A stretch of 64,000 nucleotides of DNA. Origin: Octopus vulgaris. Its lineage: Eukaryota. The stretch covers positions 18,910,001 to 18,974,000 of the forward strand of contig OX597833.1 of assembly GCA_951406725.2 (NCBI GenBank), written 5' to 3'. The position numbers and the translations under genes were made by a program. The notes beneath the pieces were generated by a model, which was not told where the DNA came from, did not search any database, and saw only the letters and a program-made list of their open reading frames with translations. Shown here in pieces: positions 54,074 to 64,000 of the stretch; position 1 is the stretch's first letter; each line of letters begins with the position of its first letter.

Positions 54074-55000
54074 CAGAAAGAAAGAAAGGAGAAAGATAGA
54101 AAGAAAGTGAGAGAGAGAAAGAGGAAGAAAGAAAAAAAGAGAAAGACTGAAGGAGAAAGAAAAAAGAAAGGACAAAAAGAAAGGACAGTAAGAAAGAGTG
54201 AGAAAGAAAAGAAGAAAAAAGGAGATAGAAAGTGTGAGAAAGAGAGAGAGAGAGAAAGGAAGAAAGAGAAAGAAAGAAAAAAGAGAAAGACTGAGGGAGA
54301 AAGAAAACAGAAAGGACAGTAAGAAAGAGTGAGAGAGAAAGAGAGAGAGAAAGAAAAGAAGAAAAAGGAGATAGAAAGTGTGAGAGAAAAAGAGAAAGAG
54401 AGAAAGGAAGAAAGACAGAAAGAAAGAAAAAAGAACAGTCAGTAAGAAAGAGTGAGAGAGAAAGGAAGAAAGAGAGAGAGAGAGAGAGGGGGAGAGAGGA
54501 AGGAAGATAAAAGAGAAAGAAAAATAGAAAGAAAAAAGAAAGGACAGTAAGAAAGAGAGAGAGAGAGAAAGAAAATAAGAAAAAGAAGATAGTTAGAAAG
54601 TGGGAGAAAGAGAAAGAAAGAAAGAGTGAGAGAGAAAGGAAGAAAGAGAGAGAGAGAAAAAGACTGGAGGAGAAAGAAAAATAGAAAGAAAAAGGACAGT
54701 AAGAAAGAGTCAGAGAGAGAGAAAAGAAGAAGAAAAAAATGGAGATAGTTAGAAAGTGAGAGAGAGAGAGAGAAAGAAAGAGTGAGAGAGAAAAGAAAAG
54801 AAGAGAGAGAGAGAAAGAAAGAGTGAGAGAGAAAAGAAAAAAGAGAGAGAGAGGAAGATAGAAAAAAGAGAGAGACTGAGGGAGAAAGAACAATAGAAAG
54901 AAAAAGGAAAGGACAGTAAGAAAGTGTGAGAGAGAGAGAAAGGGAGAAAGAGAGAGAGAAAGAAAGAGAGAGATAGAAAAAAAAAGAAAGAAAGAAAGCA
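54032..55000 (+). repeat. ~1-kb polypurine (GA-rich) tract with a degenerate higher-order unit containing AAGGACAGTAAGAAAG
   Basis: The motif recurs at ~54181, 54312, 54540, 54692 and 54909. Confidence 0.9.
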
Positions 55001-55249
55001 AGATGTCTAATGAAGAGAAAAGAGAGCTGGATGACTGAGCTGTGCTTTGATTGAAGCTTTCTTTCTTTCTTTTCTTTTCTTTGTATTGAATTCAAAATGG
55101 GAAGATAGCACACAGGACAGATTCAAGATGACTGTTGTGATGATGGGAATCAACTTTTGAATCACAAATGCTGCAGGTGATTAACAACAGGAAATAAATA
55201 TTGATGTTTGGCCATTGTCAAGTTTTATTAATGTCTATTTAGTCATAAC

Positions 55250-55283
<34 letters not shown>

Positions 55284-55392
55284 AGAAGAAGAAGAAGAAG
55301 AAGAAGAAGAAGAAGAAGAAGAGAAGAAGAAGAACATCATCATCATCAACAACAACAACAACAATAACAGCAGCAGCAGCAGTAACAACAAC
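55250..55392 (+). repeat. (GAA)n-(CAT)n-(CAA)n-(CAG)n compound microsatellite
   Basis: Directly visible. Confidence 0.95.
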
Positions 55393-55611
55393 ATATTCTT
55401 TATACTTTCATTCTTTTACTTGTTTCAGTCATTTGACCATGGCCATGCTGGAGCAGTGTCTCAAGGAGGTTTTAATCCAACATATCAAACTCCAGGACTT
55501 TGAAGCCTAGTAATTATTCTATCAACCAATTTTGTTGAACCACTAAGTCACTGCGATGTAAACACACCAACACTGGTTGTCAAGCAGTGATGGGGGGAGG
55601 GACAAACACTG

Positions 55612-55683
<72 letters not shown>

Positions 55684-55688
<5 letters not shown>

Positions 55689-56304
55689 AAATATTGAATT
55701 TCTAAATCTCTCGTAGAGACATGTACGTGGTGGGGCGATAGAATGGTTGTATACTGTCAATCTAACAAGAACGTGACAGTAGGGGGTACACCACCGCTGT
55801 ATAGCCCTAGGAAGCATCGAACACCTCCTGATGGCTTTGACACATTTTTCCCTGTGTCCTTATATACATATACGAAGGGGAGACAAACACCCCCGGCCGC
55901 CGAAGCTGCATCTAGGGACACGTGTTTCAGGATCGTTGTCCTTCATCGGCCTAGAGTAGCAGACACCGGTCAGCTGGTGATATTTGTCTCGACTTCGTAA
56001 TTGTATATATCTATAACTCAGTGAAGTCTATTCACTGATTATCAAAATAAGAAATATTGAATTTCTAAATCTCTCGTAGAGACATGTATGGTGGTGGGGC
56101 GATAGAATGGTTGTATACTGTCAATCTAACAAGAACGTGACAGTAGGGGGTACACCACCACTGTATAGCCCTAGGAAGCATGTATATAAGGACACAGGGA
56201 AAAAATGTGTCAAAGCCATCAGGAGGCGTTCGATGCTTCCTAGTGCTATACAGCAGTGGTGTACCCCCTACTGTCACGTTCTTGTTAGATTGACAGTATA
56301 CAAC

Positions 56305-56312
<8 letters not shown>
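55684..56312 (-). mobile_element. Retrozyme-like / Penelope-pLTR-like non-coding element: 363-bp monomer, partial tandem copy and inverted segment, inserted in (TA)n
   Basis: 55684-55817 is repeated at 56047-56180 (period 363); 56181-56312 is the reverse complement of 55738-55868; contains the hammerhead; (TA)n on both sides. Confidence 0.75.
55911..55955 (-). ncRNA. Type I hammerhead ribozyme motif
   Basis: Minus strand reads UCUAGG-CCGAUGA-AGGA(CAACGA)UCCU-GAAA-CACGUG-UC-CCUAGA: 6-bp stem I, core CCGAUGA (U4C variant of CUGANGA), 4-bp stem II, GAAA, palindromic stem III and a GUC cleavage triplet (C at 55917). Confidence 0.85.
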
Positions 56313-56345
<33 letters not shown>

Positions 56346-56432
56346 ATCCAAACAAGAAAGCACAAAAAAACACAACAACGCGAGGACGTGGAACAAATAT
56401 AGTATTATTGGACGCTCAGGAAAGAAGGAGGG

Positions 56433-56466
56433 TTTCACGTTTCGAGCGGTGCTCTTCGTCGGAAAC
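56433..56466 (-). ncRNA. Minimal Penelope-type hammerhead-like motif, probably inactive
   Basis: GUUU-CCGACGA-A-GAGC(ACC)GCUC-GAAA-CG-UG-AAAC. Position 17 is G, which violates the NUH rule. Lies in a TA-flanked element at 56341-56540. Confidence 0.6.
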
Positions 56467-56531
56467 ATAGGAGAAGGAAAGAACCAGAGAAGGGAAGACA
56501 GAGGAAAAAAAATCGCCAACGGTACACACTC

Positions 56532-56572
<41 letters not shown>

Positions 56573-57009
56573 TACGATGGGCTTCTTTCAGTTTCCGTCT
56601 ACCAAATCCACTCACAAGGCTTTGGTCAGCCCAAGGCTATAGTAGAAGACACTTGCCCAATATGCCACGCAGTGGGACTGAACCTGGAACCATGTGGTTG
56701 GGGAGCAAGCCTCTTACCACAAAGCCACACCTAGATTTTGAGAAATATGAAATAAATCCTCAAGTTATTTCTTTTTCTCTGCTATTTTAAAGATTTTCTT
56801 TTAATGCTTTCAATGATACAACTGTGGCCATGCTGGAGCACCACCATAATTCTTTTTTTTTTTCCAGTTTTGTTGTTGCTTTATGGCTGCAAGTTGGTCT
56901 ATCTTTTATCTTTTACTGGTTTCAGTCATTAGACTGTGGCCATGTTGGGGCACCACCTCGAAGATGTTTTTGTGGGGTTTTTTTGGTCAAATGTATTGAT
57001 CTCAATACT

Positions 57010-57902
57010 TGGAGATGGTCTAACGAATGAGACCTGTGTCTGAATGTGTCAAAGTGCTGTCATCTGCCTGTTGGCTCTCCTCCTGCAACTCAACTTGATT
57101 TCGAGCCAGGTCGTCTGCTGCTGGAGAGGACCGATCAGGTAAAGGACAGATCAGGTAAAGGACCGATCAGGTAAAGGACCGATCAGGTAAAGGACCGATC
57201 AGGTAAAGGACCGATCAGGTAAAGGACCTGGGTATCTTGGTGGATTCCTCCTTTTCGCCTTCGGCCCAGTGCGTCCATGCTGCCAACAAAGCACGCGGAA
57301 TTCTGTTCTTGATTCGACGGTCATTCGGAATGCTCACAGCAGCCATATTCCTACCACTCTATGTCACGCTGGTGAGACCCATATTGGAGTACGGGATTCA
57401 AGCCTCTTCTCCTTATCTCCTCAAAGACATACAGCATCTCGAAAGAGTCCAGAAGCTGGCTACCCGCATGGTTCATGGTCTCAAAAATTTGTCTTATGAA
57501 GAAAGGCTGAGGACGCTCGACCTTTATTCTCTAGAAAAACGCCGCCGCCGTGGTGATCTCATTCTCGCTCACAACATCATAAGCGGAAAGTGTAACCTCT
57601 CGAAAGAGCTGTTCTTCACTCCTGCTCCAGAGCGTCGGTTGCGGGGTCATTCCGAAAAGCTCTACCTGCGACGATTTCATCTCAATCGAAGGAGAGGAGC
57701 TTTCTCCGTCCGGGTTGCGGATCCGTGGAACAAGCTGCCAGATGAGATGGTGAAGATGCCGACGACCGCTTTGTTCAAAGCCTCTCTTGACCTCAAGTGG
57801 CCTGAACTCTTTACATGAACACCACCCTGTACTTAACTCCATGTCCCCCTACATGGCCTTGCTATTTGCTTTTGAGCCAAATTAACTAACTAACTAACTA
57901 AC
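57010..57902 (+). mobile_element. CR1-type LINE 3' fragment with (AACT)n tail
   Basis: LNVSKCCHL, KDLGILVD, LVRPILEYG, LERVQKLATRMV, SLEKRRRRGDLI, LRGHSEKL motifs. Confidence 0.9.
57127..57222 (+). repeat. Six tandem copies of 16-bp AGGACCGATCAGGTAA inside the LINE ORF
   Basis: Units start at 57127, 57143, 57159, 57175, 57191 and 57207; one variant unit. Confidence 0.95.
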
Positions 57903-58033
57903 TTATTTTTCTAAAGCTTGGTACTTATTTTATCAGTCTCTTTTTGCTGAACCACGAAGTTGTAATTTATTATTTTTTTCTTTTATCTTTTTAGTGATGG
58001 AGGTCATGGGGAATTATACATCATCATCACCAT

Positions 58034-58089
<56 letters not shown>

Positions 58090-59564
58090 ATACAAGAATT
58101 TGGACCTGGAGATCTCCATTTCCAGCGACTTCGAGGGCCATCTCCCAGTGGTGTCGGGCATCAACGAAGAGCCCTTGACTACAACAAGACGACCAAAGTT
58201 TTTTTTTTTTCCAAGGTCTGGGGTCTCCCACCCCTAAGCCCTAGACCATCATCTAATCACCCTTACCCGTCTTGTTGCTTAACAACAACAACAACAACAA
58301 CAACAGCAGCAGCAGCAACATCGTCATCATCATCATCATCATCGTTTAACATTCACTTTCCATGCTGACATAAGTTGGATGGTTTGACAGGAGCCGGCCT
58401 GCAGAAGGCTGCACTAGACTTGTGTGTGTATCTTGGCAGGGTTTTTAATGGCTGGATGCCCTTCCTAACACCAACCACCCCACAGAGTGGACTGAGTGCT
58501 TTTCCCACCTTATAATCATCATTGTCATCTCTGTGTCCTTAGCATTATCATTAGGTTTTATTTCTAAGTTTTTATTTCCATAGGCGTAGGAGTGGCAGTG
58601 TGGCAAGTAGCTTGGTTCCGGGTTCAGTCCTACTGCGTGGCACCTTGGACAAGTGTCTTCTACTATAGCCTCGGGCTGATCAAAGCCTTGTGATTGGATT
58701 TGGTAGGTGGAAACTGAAAGAAGCCCGTCGTATATATGTATATATATGTGCGTGTGTGTCTGTGTTAGTCCCCCCCCCAACATTGCTTGACAACCGATGC
58801 TGGTGTGTAACTTAGTGGTTCGGCAAAAGAGACCGATAGAATAAGTACTAGGCTTACAAAGAATAAGTCTTGGGGTCGATTTGCTCAATTGGAGGTGGTG
58901 CTCCAGCATGGCCACAGTCAAATGACTGAAACAAGTAAAAGAGTAAACAGAAACGTACTTCAGGTTTCCAATCCACAATTCAAACTATTCTTTTATTCTT
59001 TTACTTGTTTCAGTCATTTGACTGCAGCCATGCTGGAGCACCACGTTGGAGGATTTTAGCCAAACAAATCGACCCCAGGACTTATTCTTTGTAAGCCTAG
59101 TACTAATTCTATCAGTCTCTTTTGCTGAACCCTTAAGTTACAGGGACATAAACAAACCAACACTGGTTGTCAAGTGATGATAAGGGTACAAACACAGACA
59201 CATGTAGATACAAATATATGGTGCAAAACTGAGTAATACCATCTGGTTGATAAGGGATGAAGAATTAGGGACCTATGTTTGTCTTTGTCAGTTTGTGCAT
59301 TATGCGTTTGTTTTGTATTTCCAATACATATTTTCATTTATTACATATACACAAGTGGCTGTGTGGTAAGTAGCTTGCTTACCAGCCACATGGTTCCAGG
59401 TTCAGTCCCACTGCATGGCACCTTGGGCAAGTGTCTTCTACTATAGCCTCAGGCCGACCAAAGCCTTGTGAGTGGATTTGGTAGATGGAAACTGAAAGAA
59501 GACCGTCATATATATGTATATATTTATGTATGTATGTCTGTATGTGTGTATATATATATATATG

Positions 59565-60085
59565 TAAATGTAATATGTGACAATTATTTGGTAGCCATGA
59601 TAAAACTCCGAGTTTCGGATGCCAATGTGGAAATCCACACCGCCATCTCTTCAGTTATCCGGCCATCGGAAAAATGCTATGAAAAGTGACCGTTATACAA
59701 AGGGAAATTACTGTGTGATTGACTGTTATCAAGACAAAAGAGCTATCAGAATGACCACTAAGTAAGGGGATAAAAACGTTCATAGTATGAAATATCCCCC
59801 TTACTTTTACTCCCTCCCCTCACTTAGCAGTCATTCTAATAGCTCTTTTGTCTTGATAACGGTCAATCACACAGTAATTTCCCTTTGTATAACGGTAATT
59901 TTTCATAGCATTTTACCGATGGCCAGATAACGGAAGAGATGGCGGCGTGGGTTTCCGTCCCGACATCCAAAACTCAGAGTTTTATCATGGCTACCAAATA
60001 ATTGTCACATATTACATTTAAAGATAAATTTCCTCTATTTACATAATATTGAGATCTCTTTCTTTTGTTGTCTTACTATTTTTAT

Positions 60086-60090
<5 letters not shown>
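59565..60090. mobile_element. TA-flanked fold-back element with ~200-bp inverted arms carrying the hammerhead-like motif
   Basis: 59565-59763 is the reverse complement of 59822-60020; the tail 60020-60090 matches 41668-41740 in reverse. Confidence 0.75.
59599..59659 (-). ncRNA. Type I hammerhead-like motif with enlarged stem II
   Basis: GAUAA-CUGAAGA-GAUG[22 nt including a GUGUGGA/UCCACAU hairpin]CAUC-C-GAAA-CUCGGAG-UU-UUAUC. Intact CUGANGA and GAAA, GUU site, one extra C before GAAA. Confidence 0.65.
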
Positions 60091-60132
<42 letters not shown>

Positions 60133-60145
60133 CACACACACACAG

Positions 60146-60896
60146 TGTAAGTACCTGAGAAAAAAGTTGAACCTAAGAAGCATCAGTTGTGGTGTGCAAG
60201 AGAGACGATTGCGCTGGTATGGTCATGTGGCAAGAATGGATGAAGATAGGTGTGTGAAAAAGTGCCACGCCCTAGCGGTTGAGGGAACCTGTGGAAGAGG
60301 TAGACCCAGGAAAACCTGGGATGTGGTGGTGAAGCATGACCTTCGAACATTAGGTCTCACCGAGGCAACGACTAGTGACTGAGACCTTTGGAAATATGCT
60401 GTGCATGAGAAGACCCGGCAGGACAAGTGAGACCATAACCCATGGCCTTTATCTGGGATGTAGCCAGTCCACTTATGCATACCTTTCCTTCTTTGGACAC
60501 AAAACTCTGCTTATGAAGACCTGTTGAGGCAAGTGAAATCGAAATCGATCAAAAAATCAATGAAAATTGCTGTTGTGATATCAGTGCTGGTGGCACATAA
60601 AAAAGAAGCATCCGAACGTGGCCGTTGCCAGTCTCACCTCGACTGGCCTCCGTACTGGTGGCACATAAAAAGCACCAACCGATCGTGTCTGTTGCCAGCC
60701 TCGCCTGGCACCTGTGTCGGTGGCTCATAAAAAGCACTCACTACACTCACGGAGGGGTTGGCGTTAGGAAGGGCATCCAGCTGTAGAAACACTGCCAGAT
60801 CAGACTGGAGCCTGGTGCAGCCTCCTGGCTTCCCAGACCCCAGTTGAACCGTCCAACCCATGCCAGCATGGAAAATGGATGTTAAACGATGATGAT
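60146..60896 (+). mobile_element. RTE-type LINE 3' end with long 3'UTR and (GAT)n tail
   Basis: RRLRWYGHVARMDEDR...GRGRPRKTW motif; the UTR ends in the abundant ...ggttggcgttaggaagggcatccagc...aaacgatgatg repeat. Confidence 0.85.
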
Positions 60897-61437
60897 ATAT
60901 ATATACAAACATATATATAAGAAAGAAAGAGAGACAGAAAGAAAGGAAAATAAAGAGTGAGAGAAAGAGAGAAAGAAAGAAAAAGGGAGAAAGATAGGCA
61001 TGGCTATGTGGTAAGAAATTTGCTTCCCAGCCACATGGTCCCAGGTTCAGTCCCACTGCGTGACACCTTGGGTAAGTGTCTTCTGCTATAGCCTTGTGAG
61101 TAGATTTAGTAGATGGAAACTGAAAGAAGTCTATTGTATGTATGTGTGTGTGTGTGTGTGCGTATGTGTGTGTGTGTGTGCGTGTGTGTTTGTGTGTGTG
61201 TGTGTGTGTGCGCATGTGTGTGTGTGTGTGTGCGCATGTGTGTGTGTGTGTATTTATGTCTGAGTTTGTCCCCCATCATTGCTTGACAACTGATTTTGGT
61301 GTGTTTATGTCCCCATAACCTACGGGTTCAGTAAAAGAGACCAATAGAGTAAGTAATAGGCTTATAAAAGAATAATGGGGTCAATTTTTTCGACTAAAGT
61401 GCCCTTTAAGGCATTGCTTCAGTATGGTCGCAGTCAA

Positions 61438-62863
61438 AGAACCTGTCCAACATTGGAGTCCATGGAAAAATTCTGCAGAGGATAAAGTATCTCCTGACGA
61501 ACAGAACCCAACATGTTGTGTTTGAGGGAATCCCATCAAGCTCACCCAAAATCAATAGTGGTGTCCCATAAGGGTGTTGGGCCCACTGCTCTTCATTATT
61601 TACATCAATGACATAGTAGACATTATCAAACATTCTACAGTGAAAATCTTTACAGATGATTCCAAATTCCAGAAGGCCATAAACAGTATGGGAGCCCAAA
61701 CATGCCTTCTGTTGGGTCTGTTTGCAGTTGTCCAATGGGCAGAAAAGAACGATATGCTACTATATGAAGATAAGTTTAGTTTAATCCACTTTGGAAAAGA
61801 GGATACTTTGAAGATACGATATGCTCCCCTCCCTGAAGCAACTCCCTTGTGCCATCCAACAATAGCAGAGACCTTAGAGTAATTGTTGATAAACAATCTA
61901 AGCCGGAGTTCCCATGTAAACAGCAAGGTTGACTTGGCCTGCAACATGTGCTCCTGGATTCTGAGAACTTTCTGGTCTAGAGATGCCCACACCATCATCG
62001 TTCTCTACTTTTGCCCAACTCCACCTTAAATACTGTTGCCCACTGTGGTCTCCCCACATGAAGCAAAGCATTATGAAAGTGGAAGCATTTCAGAGGTCAA
62101 TAACAAGAAACGATGGCACGTAAAATGCACCAGCCGATCGTGACCATTGTCAGCCTCCCCTGGCACCTGTGCCGGTGGCACGTAAAAAGCACCCACTACA
62201 CTCACGGAGTGGTTGGCGTTAGAAGGGCATCCAGCTGTAGAAACACTGCCAGATCAGACTGGAGCCTGGTGCAGCCTCCTGGCTTCCCAGACCCCGGTCG
62301 AACCGTCCAACCCATGCTAGCATGGAAAACAGACGTTAAACAATGCTGATGATGATGATGATTGATGGCACGACTGGCATTGACTATTGGGGTTGACTAA
62401 AAACCTCAATCTTTACTGTCTCCAACACTACCGGGAGTGCTACATCATTTGTGTGATGTGGAAAATATTCCATCAATATTGCACAAATGATGTTGGCATC
62501 AATTTTAAAATCCACCCATGACGTAGCCCCCGTGCTATCTGCCCACAGCAAAAATCAAACTCAGAACACATAACATCACAACACAACAACTTTACCTCGA
62601 CCGGCCCAGCTTTCTTTAATATTATACCAAAATACATCAAAACGGAAATGGATCCCATAAAATTCAAAAGTTCTCTGGACAAATTTCTCTAAAAAATCCT
62701 GGACCAACATCCTACACCCAGATATGTCTCCAACAATAATAACTCTTTGCTAGAGTGGGCCATAGTGCCCCATATATGACTAAAAGACTTTACCAGGTGG
62801 TGCTATTAAGTTAGTCATGGCCTGGGCTTATATTGGCCTAAACCTGTCAAAGTTATCAAAGTT
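61438..62863 (+). mobile_element. Older copy of the same CR1-group LINE family, split by a SINE at 62113-62362
   Basis: VLGPLLFIIYINDI, KIFTDDSKFQK; collinear nucleotide similarity to 23880-24850 including the 3'UTR; multiple stops and frameshifts. Confidence 0.85.
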
Positions 62864-63451
62864 ATATATATATATATAGGTGTAGGAGTAGCTGTGTGGT
62901 AAGTAGCTTGCTTACGGACCACATGCTTCCGGGTTCAGTCCCACTGCATGGCACCTTGGGCAAGTGTTTTCTACTATAGCCTCAGGCCGACCAAGGCCTT
63001 GTGAGTGGATTTGGTAGATGGAAACTGAAAGAAGCCCATCATATGTGTGTGTGTGTGTGTGTGTGCGTGTGTGTGTGTGTACTTGTGTGTCTGTGTCTGT
63101 CCCCCCCCAACATCACTTGACAACCGATGCTGGTGTGTTTATGTCCCTGTAACTTAGTGGTTCAGCAAAAGAGACTGATAGAATAAGTACTATGCTTACA
63201 AAGAATAATTCCTGGGGATCGATTTGCTCGACTATAGGCAGCGCTCCAGCATGGCCACAGTCAAATGATTGAAACAAGTAAAAGAGTAAAAGAGTATATA
63301 TATATATATATATATATAAGACACTTGCTCAAGGTGCCATGCAGTGGGACTGAACTCAAGACCACATAATGTGGCAGCAAGCTTTTTTTTTTTGTATCCA
63401 CACTGCTAGGCCTCTACCTGAAAAATGGAAAACAAAAATGTCCTAATTAAT

Positions 63452-63564
63452 GACCACAACCACTGCCAACGCCAACACCAACACCACCACCATCATCATC
63501 AACATCATCAACATTATCATCATCACTATCATCATTGTCATCATAAAGTTTCACCACCACCACC

Positions 63565-63616
<52 letters not shown>

Positions 63617-63643
63617 CTATCATCATTGTCATCATAAAGTTTC

Positions 63644-63693
<50 letters not shown>

Positions 63694-63760
63694 TATCATC
63701 ATCATTGTCATCATAAAGTTTCACCACCACCACCACCGTCATCATCATCATTGTCATCAT
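63452..63760 (+). repeat. (CAT)/(CAC)n compound repeat with 3 copies of TTGTCATCATAAAGTTTCACC
   Basis: Directly visible. Confidence 0.9.
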
Positions 63761-64000
63761 TGAAGTTTAATCTCTGAACAGAAGCATGTTTCAAGTGTCC
63801 AGTCCATTGGTCAAACTCCAAATATCAGAGAATAAAGATAAAAATGTGAAAAAAAAAGAAACCCCAACAAACCCTTGACTGACCTAGTGAATAGAATGCT
63901 TTGAAAATTACTCTGTTAAATCAATTAAACTTCATTTGAAAGGTACCACCTGCAGTGTTTGAGCTGAAAGACTATTTGCTAAATGACCATTAAACTGAAA

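Noticed and set aside
53739-55113. 420-aa and 224-aa F/L/S-rich ORFs and a K/E/R-rich ORF
   Set aside because: Translations of the GA-rich low-complexity tract.
57127-57222. Regular 16-bp repeats as a CRISPR array
   Set aside because: Head-to-tail with no spacers, inside a LINE, in eukaryotic DNA.
63760-64000. Possible exons at the window end
   Set aside because: Splice-like signals are present, but no consistent open frame can be established within the window.

Overview
AT-rich, repeat-dense metazoan genomic DNA. The SINE/LINE families and huge (TA)n/(TACA)n arrays resemble an octopus (coleoid cephalopod) genome; this is inferred, not verified. All supportable host genes lie on the minus strand: (i) a Q/H/P-rich exon (17669-19186) splicing in phase to a terminal exon (5040-5782); (ii) a 3.4-kb ORF/exon (44727-48119) encoding a disordered Ser/Asn/Asp/Tyr-rich protein; (iii) probable small 3' exons of a further gene at 49.9-53.3 kb. 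None can be named. The rest is tRNA-derived SINEs, RTE/CR1/Tx1-like LINE fragments, Tc1/mariner and piggyBac-type remnants and microsatellites. Three things stand out. (1) Several small non-coding elements sit in (TA)n tracts and carry type-I hammerhead ribozyme motifs. The best is a 363-bp tandem-plus-inverted, retrozyme-like unit at 55684-56312 with a near-canonical hammerhead (GUC site). A Penelope GIY-YIG endonuclease remnant is also in the window as a candidate mobiliser class. (2) Patchwork insertions copied from nearby sequence, including a piece of the gene's own last exon. (3) Many local inverted duplications and palindromes that would make the pre-mRNAs rich in dsRNA.
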